This document shows positions 13,588 to 26,389 of a DNA stretch of 64,000 nt, one piece after another. Position 1 is the first letter of the stretch. Each line of letters starts with the position of its first letter. Under the pieces are notes generated by a model, which was not told the origin of the DNA, ran no database searches, and worked only from the letters and a program-made list of their open reading frames with translations. The position numbers and the translations under genes were made by a program. This stretch comes from Dimorphilus gyrociliatus (taxonomy: Eukaryota > Animalia > Annelida), in contig CAJFCJ010000018.1 in assembly GCA_904063045.1 (NCBI GenBank), positions 310,001 through 374,000 on the forward strand. The letters run 5' to 3'.

Positions 13588-16500
13588 CTGAAAGTGACAA
13601 ATCGGTCGCAGGTGAAGTCAATTAGCTATCAACGCTACAAACACACCACACGTCAACAGGATATGATTAACTCATATTTTCCTGCGTCTTTCCTAATTAG
13701 CTATACTTCCTCTAGCAATACACAACTATACTAACGTACGCCATAATTATTGCATGCTAACGAAAATGTGAAAATTGAGAAGGAGGGCGGCGGCTCGCAA
13801 TGACCCAGAAAATTCTCAATGCACCTGTTTCAGAAACATCAAAATCGTAAATCGTTCTAAATTTCTCTTAAGCTAATCGATATAAACGCGCTTTAGCTCG
13901 ATGAAAGGAGACAATCGACGATAATCACGACATAAACTTTATAGCTGAGAGAAGAGCTGGTGTGCGACAAAGACGAGGGAGAGAAAAAAGAGAGATTAAA
14001 CCCTCCCCGTAATGCACATTCGAATCGCGCAGCTGTTAGCGTATAATTAGATATCTTTACTATCTACAGCTTATCGGTAGTCAGCCTGCTGTAGAATGTG
14101 GCCACAACTAATTCATCAAGTCGATGTCCATTTCAGAAATTGGCTCGAAAATCTAGTAAACGAGTTAGACGGCCAACCGCAGTATAGAGTTCTACTTGTA
14201 TATGCATGATCGACAAACGTCTCCATGCCCTATTCGTCGATGCATACGGGCGCCGAATGGCGTCCATCAGTGATTTGCGGCCGATATTGCAGTCGTGTGA
14301 AAACTGTCAGATGTAAGCTCATTATTGGCGTCCCGACTGAGCAAAAAGTTAATGAGTTTGCATGTTGCAATGCCTCCCAAAGGAAGTTGGCGGAGGATTA
14401 TACGTTTCCTTCTTTTCCATATGAGTTTTATACAATCTGGGTTTATCACTTTGTACCGAACGGCGCGAGACTACAAGTGCTACTTGAGCGTAGTAGAGTA
14501 TGTTGACAAAGTTGAACGTGCCGCCTAAGGGCCGACTACTTAATCAGTATATATACACATACGCGTGTTCGAAACGTGTATAAGATCGTTTTATATAAGT
14601 GTACACATTTTTTTAGATTGCAAAATTCGGTCTACACTGATATAATCGCTGTTTTCGACATCAATCATTTACTTGACGTTCTAACTAGTTGAAAGAATAG
14701 AAGTCTTTTGAATAGACCCGCTTGCACCTGTATGTATATCCACAAAAAGGCTATGGCTATACCTTTTTCACTATATATAATTCATCCATCATTTACGCCT
14801 TTAACTTTATCCAATCATTCGAATATTCTCACCCGGGGTGGAAAAGAGCGTGCGCCTAACTTCTACTTCAAGATTCCAACAAACGAATTTATTATTTGTT
14901 ATACACTTATAAACGCTTATATATGAAATTTTACAAAGGCGAAATAATATATTTTTTTACTCTAGACTATATTTTCTTAAGACTAATAAAAAAATTTGAT
15001 AGCAAAAGCTAGAGCCATTTATCGCTTAACTCTAAAGTTATAAAACTAAGTATAAAAAAAATATATTTACCCCTAGCACTGCAGAAGTAGCCATGTACAA
15101 GAGACGGATATATAGTGAAAATATGTGGTTGAGGCGCTGGGCGCGTTAGAGACATGCGGCTCTCCTAAGCGACCGCCTAGCGGCCTCGATAGAGATCGAC
15201 TCCAGCCAATCAGCGTTTAGTAAGTGTTTGATTGACAGTTGGCTAGGCGCTGCCAGCGAACTGCAAAGAACGCGAAAGACTGCATGCAAAAATTCATTGA
15301 CTGCTCAATAGCAAATTGTACTCCGGCTCCAGGCAGTCGGGTTAACTTAACAAGTTTACACGAATCGAACGGTGTGTGTTATTGAGATATTTACTAGGTG
15401 TACATCTACATAGACCAAAATTATGATACATGTATTAAATATCGTTTGATAAGTTTATAATTAGTGTAGTTCACAAAGCAGTTTGGTGTGAGAAAGTTCC
15501 TGAGGCGCTCGCACCTGGTCTTCTACCGACGTTTCCATAGCTACGCCCTATACCATTCTTCACCATCATAATTAACGCGCTATGGCGCATACTAATAATT
15601 AATACGTATGTACATTAATTACATGTTGCTCGAGCACCGCTTGCTCACGTTCCAAATACCTTTACAGACAATCGAATTCATTTTGAGTTAATTCCACCAT
15701 GGTCACTGTCATTTTAACTAAGATGCATTTTCGTGTATACAAATTATATCTTTCAAATCTTTAGGATGTATACATGCATGCTTGCATGGAATCTTTCTAC
15801 ATGAAAAACTTGAATGAAAACTTTCTTTTTTCATGTAAAAAATTCTTTCAGTGTCATTTCGGTTTGACTTAAATAGGCTATTCCGTACCACATACTTAAA
15901 CGAAGAGGGTACTTTAAATAAGATAAAATCAAGAGCCAAGCGTGACGCCACACTAGCTTACGTAAGAGTTTTTTTTAAATCTGTTATAAGGGACACGGTT
16001 TATTTTAGACAATACTTTAATGCTTTAATGTGTTATATATTATGGGAGTACAAGAATTTTTACGCTGTTTATAATTGAGGACATTTTCCAACGTTCACGC
16101 TTCGAATATATCGGTATAAACACGCCGTATATGGAATAAATCACGCGTAATGGAATCGGAATTATCGAATGCACATATATAGGGTAGGGAAGAAGTGGGC
16201 GAGAAAAGGAATCTAATTAAAGAGTAGTCAGTCGGATTTTTTGCCACTTTTACAGGCGAAACGAAATGTTTATATCGCTTATTCATGCACTATAGCGACT
16301 AAACAATTTTCAGTATACATTATGCAAAAGGTCGATCGGTCGAAAGCCAGTAGTCTGAAACAATGATAGCTGATTTATGACGTAATGACAATGATTAGAG
16401 AGAATTATATCAGTTACAGGCAATTATAGAGACGCGCTGAGCGCCGAATTCCGACCCGATCGATGTATAACGTAAAATGAAAAACGCCGATCGTTGATTT

Positions 16501-17916
16501 TATCTGGCGTACTCGTTACGTCATAGAAGCGTCGGCAAGGCGAGAAAAAGACGTTAAATCGTGTCTATACCTTTCCCGTTTAGCGCGCAAATTACGTCAC
16601 TTGGGTAAAACGATCAGGCTCGGCGGCTAACTTCAAAAAAAGAAGACGCCGCCGCTTGTTTAGATGCACGCGAGTCGTCGGAGGAAGGGGCGGTAGGCGG
16701 TAGCAGTCATCAGTCAGATGAATGAGAGCCGTGCAGATTTTTGGGCGTAAGTTAAGGCAGTTGCCGGGCGCCACATGGTGCAGAATTAGCCTCCGTCGAC
16801 ATTCTTATAGCAAACGACTCTGCAAGAATGATCATACGTAGCGCCCACCTCCCGCGGATTCAAGTGCAGGTGCTTTTTTTTTCAATTTCACTAAGCATTC
16901 CACTAGATACACTACACCATATATATCGAGCACGCACTCCTTTCCTAAATACTTTTACACTTTCCACTTTGTACTAATACAGCACAGTATAAAATCGATA
17001 CGAAAGTGACTGACGGTCGAGCGTTCAAACGATGCAGTTGAAGGCTAGTTAGGGGCAAGTCGTTAAGGGTAATCTTGTACAATTTTCTCCTCTCAAGATC
17101 TCTACGTCTCTAATGCAGTCTGCTTGTCGTCGGCGGCGGCCCTTTCATTCGGTCGCTGCACGCATGTGTATGGTGAAACTTGGGTCACTTTGGCAATATA
17201 AAAAACTCGATGTAGTTATTATTTAAAAATTTATGAATATTAATTCACTAAGAGAAGAAAGATAACTAACAAAGCAAGCTAAAAAAACTACATCTTTCAA
17301 GATATAGATATACCAGCATGCAGCAGCGTGTGAGGCGAACACGGAGAAGGGCGTTATAAAGGCGTTTCAAAGCGTTACTTTCTTTGTATAAGTAAGGCAG
17401 AATAAAATGCTACGGTTTGCTGAAACTTTTTCGTTCAATTTCATCTGAATGGTCCATTCACGATACACTCTTTATTTCATTTAGTGCATTGCGGTATATT
17501 TATTAAAAGGATATATACACGCAAGAAAACAACGGCACATAACGAATGCGATTATACTGTCTGGGACACGCTACAGTCAGGAAGAGATCAATCGTTGCAG
17601 AGAGCGTTTCTCCGCCAATTCACCCTAATTATCTCTGCATGCACGCCTTCTAACTTCCTTCAGACGTCCAACGTCATTACACGGGAAGGCTTTTACATAC
17701 AAAACTTCAACTTTGAATATCTTTCCTCAATGCTATGAGGAGAGGGCATTAAATTGACCACTCAGACGCTTGTCATTCCCTTCCGTATAGAATAGGAATT
17801 CAATTGCTTGCATAAATTAAGCAAATGCAAGCCCGCACAGAACAGAGATGAGCCTTAGGCGTAGTCATCAGCCCATGCCATAAAGCTGTCACTGGCCAAT
17901 CTCTAACGCCCCCTCA

Positions 17917-17929
17917 CGCCCCCTGGTGT
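17917..17929 (-). promoter_or_regulatory. CTCF-like motif, reverse (ACACCAGGGGGCG), overlapping tandem GC boxes
   Basis: One mismatch to consensus; part of ACGCCCCCTCACGCCCCCTGGTGT upstream of Sp6-9. Confidence 0.5.
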
Positions 17930-19753
17930 GTCCTGCCGCCCATCACAATGAAATTGCTAGACGCCCGAGATTAGTTCGACTAAAGCGCGTCTAATGAAAG
18001 TTGAGAATAGTAGTTGTTACAATGCTTTAAATGATAGGCGTCGTTCATTGAAATATGACGTCGGTTATTATGACCTTTATATACGAGTGCTAGTGTATCG
18101 GGTTTTTCATAGTGAGTTTATAGTTGCTCCCCACTTTTTTACTTCAATGCGCATATTCATCATTTATTTTCCTGAAAAACCGCACAATCTCTTTTTCTCT
18201 TTTTGTCAGCCAAAAGAAGTTCACAGGTTGCGAAGGAGGAATACGTAGACGCCTCTAGCACGCGTCCGCAACACCCATCGCCCACCTGTTCACCCGCCCA
18301 TCTCCATTAGCGCAGGCGATATGTCCGTGCACTGGTCCGTGCCGACAAGCACAACATTGATTTTCCAGTTTGAAGGAATCATGGTGAGTTGGGCAGGCAG
18401 AAAAGAAAGGCAGCGGGCGTGGAACATTTCACAGTGAGTAAATTCTATACCACATATAGGCCTGTTTATATGGTATAAATATATATTTAGTTACTTGTAT
18501 ATATATTTCTCGTCCCTCTTTATAAGTGTAAATCCGGTTTGCATTAAAGATACAAATTAGCTTAGTTTCGCTGACCCTTTAACACTGCCGCCGGCTCTGC
18601 TTTAAGTGCGCAGACAGTCGTAGACTTCCTCCAATATAGGTGTCAGAGAAGGATTCATTTGAACAGCTATTCCTTATATGTTACAATTAGGACAGGCTAT
18701 TCAAACAAATAAATATTTTTTAGGTAAACAACCAATATGGAAGACCAGATAGGTGTGATGCAATTATAATAATAATTACATACGCGAGCGTATTTGAAAA
18801 AAGTGAAGAATAGAACTCTCTCTTCAGCTTAACCCATATTTAGAAAAAAATAGGCCGCCAGCTCAGCGGGAATCAGAGAGTGCTTCTCTTCAGGGGTACC
18901 ATCATCTCTTTGTGTATGACATTATGTAGTTTCCATTTATGCACCGTCACCCTGAAAAGAAAGTGACCAGATGCAGCGCTATTAAAATTGCTTATATAAT
19001 GTTAGACGCCGCAAAATACGCTCGTTTTACGCGCTTACGCTTTCTAGAATTGCAAAATTCCTGAAACAATAAAAAAGTTCTTCACGCCTGCGGCCTGCAA
19101 TACGCAATCTTTTATATGCTTTAAAGCATTTTGCGCTCTTTGAATAGCTTCAAGAATAGATTTAAGGCAGACTTCGGCGATAGGTTGGTCGGCGAATGTT
19201 TGAAGTTACTGGGGAGGCCTACATCTTCACGATGCGTGTAAATTACAATGATTGCTTTTGACAGGTGTACTGTGAGTGAGTATTGTAAAAATATTCAGTT
19301 CTTTTATGCATATTATGTGAAGAAAATAGATAACGTTTAAGCAGTTAAATATGTTCTATTCAGGAAGTCGTTAGAGTACAGCGTAAACAACTCATCAGCT
19401 ACTCTCTCACCTTGTTGATCCCACCTATAGAAAAGCAGGAAGAGAAAACAAGAGAAGTTGAACATAAACGGAGAAAGTGGCCTAGTCAACCATAAATTGA
19501 TCACAAAGCAGCTGCTACTATAGCTACTCTTTAATTATTTGCAGGAAGTCATGCAGAGTACATACCCCTCACAGAGGCTTATACTATAATGTATTCTATA
19601 CACGCCGACCAAAAGGATAATACCTTTCGTTCTCTTATTAAAATGCTTTTTTCATTTCAAACTACATTTTTCCTTTAAAATGTACAGAGTGTTCGTATAT
19701 AAATATATTTAAAATATGTTTACTAATATATATGTATATATATTGTATATATA

Positions 19754-19756
<3 letters not shown>

Positions 19757-19811
<55 letters not shown>
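19757..19811. repeat. (TA)n microsatellite, about 27 units
   Basis: Pure TA run directly visible. Confidence 0.95.
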
Positions 19812-19813
<2 letters not shown>

Positions 19814-19870
19814 AACGTACAACAATACATACGATATTCAAAAGATATACGAGTTACACACAATTCATCT

Positions 19871-19884
19871 ACGCCATCTGCCGT
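19871..19884 (-). promoter_or_regulatory. CTCF-like motif, reverse (ACGGCAGATGGCGT)
   Basis: One mismatch to consensus; sits at the junction of the Sp6-9 upstream region and the UBE2Z 3' end. Confidence 0.55.
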
Positions 19885-20024
19885 CTATAAAGTAACACAA
19901 TTCTAAATAAAATCAAAGTTAAAATATTGAAAAGTACACTAGTTATTCTAACTTTTACTATTAAAAATGTTATAACAGTTTGTATGTAATGCAGTTTTTT
20001 TTAATAAAATGAATGTATCAGAAT

Positions 20025-21474
20025 TTAAGGTGCCGTCGACACAGAGAGAGCAGAAGCCATTCCTTCATCAGATTCGGATAAAGAATCTGTATCATCATCC
20101 TCTCTATCTTCTGACGATAAATTTAATTTTTTGTTAATATTGGCTAATCGTTTCTGAAGAGTCTTGTAATCAAATTTTCCTCGTCTATCCCCAAAAGGAT
20201 CCTGTTCAAAATGGACATTGTCAGAAAATGAACAATATAGCGTCAAAAAATATTTTAATCAATCACAAGACATGGAGAATTATTATCTGTTTTAGAATAT
20301 ATTCCCATAAGAAAAATAAATTGCTTAAGATATAATAACATATTCATTTTTTTGAAGACTTACATTCATGGCATGACCTTGTAGCTTCATATTAGTTTTA
20401 CAGACATTATCATAATATTCGAAAAAATCTCGAAAAGATTGTTGCATAACTTCTCTGTTAAAAAATAGATACATATAATTGGAGTGTAATATAATTAAGT
20501 CTTCGCTCACTTCAAGGAGTCTGGGCACTTAAAGCTATCTTCTAACATATCACATACAGCAACCCTTATGGTCTCATGTCGTATAATATCATTGTAGTGC
20601 TCTACGTGCCCTGATCCTTTCTCAGTTTCAAAACCTGGCTCATTATGGTAGGGTTTATCATTCATTAGAGATTGTATGCTAATTAAAACACTCGATATCG
20701 TTTGCGCAGGGGTCCAGGCCGGACCAGACCAAGTTCTATAAAAGAGTTATTTGATATTGATTAAATTAAATTTTAAACCTACCCTAAAATACTTAGACAA
20801 ACTTTTCCATTCTTGTAGAGGTTAGGATTGAATCTAACTCGTCCGCCACCTGTTGTTATCAACTTTACTCTCGGAGGTCTGATTGGATAATCCGAGGGAC
20901 ATCTAATTAGGAAATAGAAAAATCCGCCCTCATAAGGTGTGTCAAATGGTCCAGTGATTAAAGCATGAATCTATTATTTTAATTGAGTTCATTGTTTACA
21001 GTCTGGTGGAAATTAATTGATTTGTTTTACCTTTGTTAAATTCTCTTGATCGGGTACTATAAACATTCCAGGTGGGGGTTCTTTGCAAATGTAAAGAATG
21101 TCTCTGTTTCAGTTAATTAATTTATCTTTAGTTAGAAATACAATTTTTCAAGAGTGACTATTAGAAGACTCCTATTAAATGTATAAAATTACACACTACA
21201 ATGAAGTGAAAAATATTAATTTGTGAATTTTTAAAAATTTCTTTTCAATTAATTATTATGATCAAATATTTTTTTTTGCAACTACGTTTGAGTATGCTGT
21301 AAAAGAAAACCGTTTTATTCGAGCAACACATTGCTCTGTTGGCTTTTCGTTGTCCCAATCAGGACTATTTGAAGGATCCCAAGAAGATGAAGAAGAATAT
21401 CCAACGGGTGGATCTGAGGATAATGATGTTACCTCCGCATTATCAGTTTCCGAACTAGACGACAAATCTTCCAT
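20025..21474 (-). CDS. UBE2Z: Ubiquitin-conjugating enzyme E2 Z (USE1), multi-exon
   Basis: Spliced reading [24 protein letters not shown]|[18 protein letters not shown]...[20 protein letters not shown]...[18 protein letters not shown]|[11 protein letters not shown]...[13 protein letters not shown] closely matches UBE2Z as I recall it. Confidence 0.93.
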
Positions 21475-21743
21475 GTTGATGAAATCTAATAGTTGTACAA
21501 TACGATTCGGAAATTTGTAGACCGGTCACTTGGTGTTTGGTTTGTTGTTCTCAAGAAGGTTATAACTTTTCTCTTTTATGATTTTCATAGCTTACTGAGC
21601 TTTTAATAATAAATTTTATATTACTTATCAACATTATTTGTTTTTTAAATATTATTATACATTTCTATTTCCTTTATTAATAAATCATACTTTACATCGT
21701 ATTTATCCAGTGAGCGATAATATCCTGCTTTCAAATTGCACTC

Positions 21744-22157
21744 ATGAATTCTGTAAAGGAAAAGAAGCAAGATAATACCAATGTATTTAGCAAAATGGAT
21801 AACGATATGAAAAATCCTTGCATTCTGGTATTATATAAATTTTAAAAGTTTTGATTTCCTAACCGGTCTAATTTTTTTAAAGGAACATAGATTAGCCTTA
21901 AGATGTCTTGACGAAAGAGGATATAACAAGGATCAATGTGGAATTTTTTTTACTAATTATAAGAATTGCAAGACTTTTTGGGTAAATTTCAATTAGCGGT
22001 ATACAGCTATTTATTACTGATTTTTGAACGAAACTAGGATCGAATTGTAAAGGATCGTAAAAGAAAAGGTATTAAGCCGTACCTTCCTCCTCCAACTGAA
22101 AGACAGACTATTAAGGATTCTCATGAACAGAAAGCAAAAGTTGATTCTGGAAAATAG
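21744..22157 (+). CDS. CHCHD7: CHCHD7/COX23-like twin CX9C mitochondrial intermembrane-space protein, 3 exons (21744-21827, 21883-21981, 22038-22157), 100 aa
   Basis: Two phase-0 GT-AG introns (55 and 56 nt) give MNSVKEKKQDNTNVFSKMDNDMKNPCILEHRLALRCLDERGYNKDQCGIFFTNYKNCKTFWDRIVKDRKRKGIKPYLPPPTERQTIKDSHEQKAKVDSGK*. It has the CX9C-X10-CX9C pattern plus the FW...GxKP..P...ER tail of CHCHD7. Not in the ORF track. Confidence 0.9.
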
Positions 22158-22166
22158 TACAGATTG

Positions 22167-22182
22167 ACAATAGATGGCGCTG
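22167..22182 (+). promoter_or_regulatory. CTCF-like motif, forward (ACAATAGATGGCGCTG)
   Basis: Intact AGATGGCGC core, 10 bp after the CHCHD7 stop, at the start of the Mox domain. Confidence 0.5.
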
Positions 22183-22589
22183 CCCAAGTGTTTCTGTTTT
22201 TTTTTTGTAATTTGATGATTGAGTTATAAAATTTCATGTTTTTTTTGCGAAATAAATACAATTTTTGAGTACTAAATGTATTACAATAAACAAAAAAATC
22301 ATTCGAGATTCTGATAACGATTGAAAACCAAAAGTAAAGGGACCTCCAAAAGTTTGGGTATATGACGTATGAGGGGCGAGTGTTAACGACTCTAACAGAG
22401 AATGTGGCAACCAGATGTAGAGCCTCATACCAACACAGTGTTTGCTTCGAAAACAACTGATCATTCACACTGCACGTGCTAGCATCCCGTAAGCTCATTG
22501 CCGCAATTGTCAAGCAGATTTAAAATTACGTCACTGCTTTATCCTTGTTGTTTCTTTTGTCAACTACGGGGCAAACATTTGAAATACTG

Positions 22590-22680
22590 TAACTCCGCCC
22601 CTACGATAATAGTCAACCAATCAGAAATTACCTTATCTTATCTCGAGGTTATTTTTCGAAGAAACAGCTGGTGCCAAGGT
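22590..22680 (+). promoter_or_regulatory. Probable Mox proximal promoter
   Basis: GC box CTCCGCCCC 22593, CCAAT 22617, tandem GATA sites (CTTATCTTATCT) 22632 and E-box CAGCTG 22675, all within 90-180 bp of the ATG. Confidence 0.45.
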
Positions 22681-22768
22681 GCTAACGGAGCTGTCAATCT
22701 TCACACGGCAGCCGAAGGAAACGTATATCTAGGCAGCATTCTCCTATCAGCGCTTAATCCGAGCAATT

Positions 22769-25320
22769 ATGGAGCCGAGACTCTACTCATCAGCAACGAC
22801 AACGCCAACTGCCGCTTATAATCATCATACTCCTTACCACCACGCCATACCTTCACTTTATTCTTCGGCCTATGACGCGTCTTGGACATCGTTGACATCA
22901 CCTTATGGGTTTTACACATCAAGATATAGGAATTTTGTTTCATCATCTTTTGATTCTAGAATTATCTGTCAATCCGCTAATTCCTGCCACGAAGATGAAA
23001 CAAGTGAGAAGGGTAATTATGTTTATTTATTGAACTGTACTATCATTGATGAAATTCTTGTTGGAAGAAAGAACTTATAGTATTAATATAAATTTAATGT
23101 AAAATCTTTATTTTAATTCCTATCAGATTTTAAGTCAGGTTAATTACGATCAATTTGTGTGTAAATAAACTACAAGTTAGGACTTTGAAATTTCTATAAA
23201 TATGATAATAGGTTGTATAGCTTTTGAAATACGAAGAAAGAAGTAGATATTTAAGTAATTCTCTGGTGTTTTCCACACTCAAAACGTTGTGACTTTTAGA
23301 AGACTCTGAAAAAAGATTTTTAGATTTTGTTGGAAAAATATTTTCTTACAGAGACATTTTCAATCATATGAAAACGCTGGAAAATATTGGTAATTAAAAT
23401 TAGAGATCCTTCAGGATCTAACCATTTAACATCAAATACAGCCTCAAAGTTATTAAAAGAGAGAAAAATAAAACATTTTTAGATTAGGAAAGAGATCAAA
23501 ATATAAACGTAATACAAGTTAAAGATAAATATAAAAGAAAAGTATATTTTACATCAAAAATATTATGAATTACACTTGAATATTTCCAAAGGGTATTGCC
23601 ACTTTATATTTTGTTTCAATTTTTGTAAATCAGTGATTTAAGTTTCAAAATATTTAAAAATTAAGCCACTGCGTCGACTACAATTTTCTTAACTTTGAAA
23701 TAAACTTTTTATCACAGTGTTACTATTAAATATTATTAAAAAATATTAAATACGTATTTACTATTTATTCAAAAAGAATAACACTTAAATATTCTCTAAT
23801 AGACAAGTCTGAATTCAGTTAAATAAAATTCTATATATATATTTGTTAATTTCATATTATAGTAATTTACACATAATAATAGAAGATTTATTAGTTATAA
23901 TGAGTTTCGTAGGTATACTTTTACGTGGCTATACTGTAATCCTATAAACCGTAACTAGAATTTAATTAAAGTTGAGCTTAACTTGGTCCTTTGGGAGTCA
24001 AATAGTTTATTTATCTCGTTACGATGTGATTTTCACTCCTAAGTGATTAATTGCCATGTCTTTAATTTCATTATCACTAATGAAAAGTTAGATTCGACAA
24101 TACTCACTTGCAGCCTAATCATAAAGTATTCGAGTCACCTAAAATTAGCCAGCACAGTAAAATAAAATGCGCGCAGTGCGCATGGTTATCACTACCTAGG
24201 GAATATTATCGGCATGTCATCAACGCCTCGATTGCAAACAAGTCGTACAAGTTCTGCTTAGTGTCACGTGAAAAAATAAACATATCAGGCGAATAAAAAA
24301 GCTACGCAATCACGTCCCCTTTGTTATTTTCCTCAACAGCCGCCATTGTTGGCCAGCAAGCCTCTACTCCATCCGACACGTTTCCGCTCGACCTCAATAG
24401 TAAACCTCGAAAGGAGCGCACGGCTTTCAGCAAACAACAAATACAACAACTTGAAAAAGAATTCTCATCCCATAACTATCTTACTCGTCTGAGGAGATAT
24501 GAGATAGCAATGGCTTTGGACCTAACGGAGAGGCAGGTTCGTATTTTTTGGATCAAAGTCAATCATCGGCGCAACACGTGCGCCAATTCAAGTAGTAATA
24601 CAAACAAGCGTAAAGGCGCCTATTGCCACCTACTGTGAGTCGTCGTTTGAAACGAGAGATGACTTGTGATGTGCCTCTTTTCTCACCTTCATGCATCTGT
24701 GAGTGAAGGAGGTTGTTGGTGCGCTTTTTCTTATAACAAAGCCCAGCTCTATTAATGAGCTCAACTCTGACTTTCAATTTGTTTTTAAAATTATTACATA
24801 AAAGAGGGATTCTAGAATAACAAATGAGTGAGCTTTTGTGATAAGTTTATTTTTGCTAGATGTAGGTAGTAGTCATACCACATAAGAATTCCATTTCTTA
24901 AAAATTTTATTGAATAGTATCTCATATCTAATGGTATCGAAACAGTTTGTACTACTTCAAGGAATTTGACTTCTAAAATGGAGTAAAAACAGAAGTCTTT
25001 AGGGTATAAGCATAATCAAATAAGAATAAATTGCCAACCATTTCTGTTATCTATGACAGGCACCAACTTTAGGGGTAATTAGGTAGCAAAATACAAGTGC
25101 GATAAATGTTATCTGACATTGACTGACAGTTGTAATTGACTGTTTCATCATCCAACAGGTAAAAGTCTGGTTTCAGAATAGAAGAATGAAATGGAAGAGG
25201 ACAAAAGGTGCGCAAATGGCTAAAGACAAAGTTACTGGGCAACTGAAACCTGTAATAACCGGCTTACCACCTAAATTAGATTGTGACGATGAGATAGAAG
25301 AAGAGGCCAGACTCACCTAG
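22769..25320 (+). CDS. Mox: Mox/Meox homeobox protein, 3 exons (22769-23003 or -23012, 24340-24536, 25159-25320)
   Basis: [50 protein letters not shown]|[17 protein letters not shown] is diagnostic of Mox. Splice phases are consistent; there are two same-phase donors 9 nt apart in exon 1. Confidence 0.95.
24623..24636 (-). promoter_or_regulatory. CTCF-like motif, reverse (ACAGTAGGTGGCAA)
   Basis: One mismatch to consensus, in Mox intron 2. Confidence 0.45.
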
Positions 25321-26236
25321 ATGTATTATTTTAAACATGCATGAATTCTTTTTCAGCTCTAAGCATTTACTTGTATACAATTTATTCATATACTTTTAAA
25401 CTAGTATATAAGAAATTGGCAAGGGTATATACTATATACATTATGCAGTTGTATAGTATATTTATTAATATTGTATAATGTAAGTATACAAATGCGTCAA
25501 AGAAACTTTGCATAAATTTCTATTTAATTGGATTTTTAACTAGAGTGATCATTTGACCTGGGATCTCAAGCCAGGATTTTGTTTGCTTTTCATTGTGTGC
25601 CAGTACTTTTTTTATATGTCATTTTGTGTCTAGTTAGACCAAATAAATGCTGAAATATATAAAAGATTTTTTGTTATCTCCATTAATTTATAGTTAAAAT
25701 TTGCCTGGAAATGAGAAACTATCTGGATAGTTAGTATTTTTAATATCATATTCTCAATGAATATTTTCTTTTTATTCGAGCAAGCATTCTTTAAAATTCA
25801 GGTTAACATATCAGAAAATTTCTGCTTTATATTTGTTTAATTAAGAGCTCAAAATTGTTCGTAAATGTCTGCAAACCTGGAGATAGGCCTAAGGTCTTTG
25901 TGTATACTTTGTAAAACGCATATTGTAGGTCAAACAGGAGAGATTATTCAGGATATCTATTTCACAGTATATCTTTTTTTAAAATATATATTGAACTGAG
26001 GGAAGTACGAAAGCGTTCGCCAAGCTGTTTAATGAGAAAAACAAAGCGCTTAGATATCACCTTACAAAATCGCAGCTGAGATAGAAACTAAAATACGAAA
26101 AATATACTATTGGAAGTGTTTTCTTTGACAAGTCATATTCTTAATTGCAGAAAAAATTTTTCCGTATGAGTCAAAATTATATCTGTTATGCAAATTTTAT
26201 TTTTTTAAATCAAAGCACACGCGGGAAATAAAAGTA

Positions 26237-26269
26237 GTGCCATCTATAAACACACTGTAGATGGCGCAG
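26237..26269. promoter_or_regulatory. Divergent CTCF-like doublet (reverse GTGCCATCTATAAA, forward ACTGTAGATGGCGCAG)
   Basis: Inverted repeat GTGCCATCTA-N11-TAGATGGCGC between Mox and the GPR158-like gene. Confidence 0.5.
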
Positions 26270-26389
26270 TCTTTGCAGTGCAGCAGCTATCTCATCTTCT
26301 ATGTAGAAATGGCGGTAGAAGGCTACCCAGGATGCTTTGCAGTGTATTCTGCATAATAGCACGGTGCAATGGCGGTCGTTATGTAAAGC

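Noticed and set aside
25155-25164. CAG|GTAAAA acceptor-donor overlap (recursive-splice-like) in Mox, and likewise in Dlx
   Set aside because: Forced by the conserved Q|V homeobox intron position and a Val codon.
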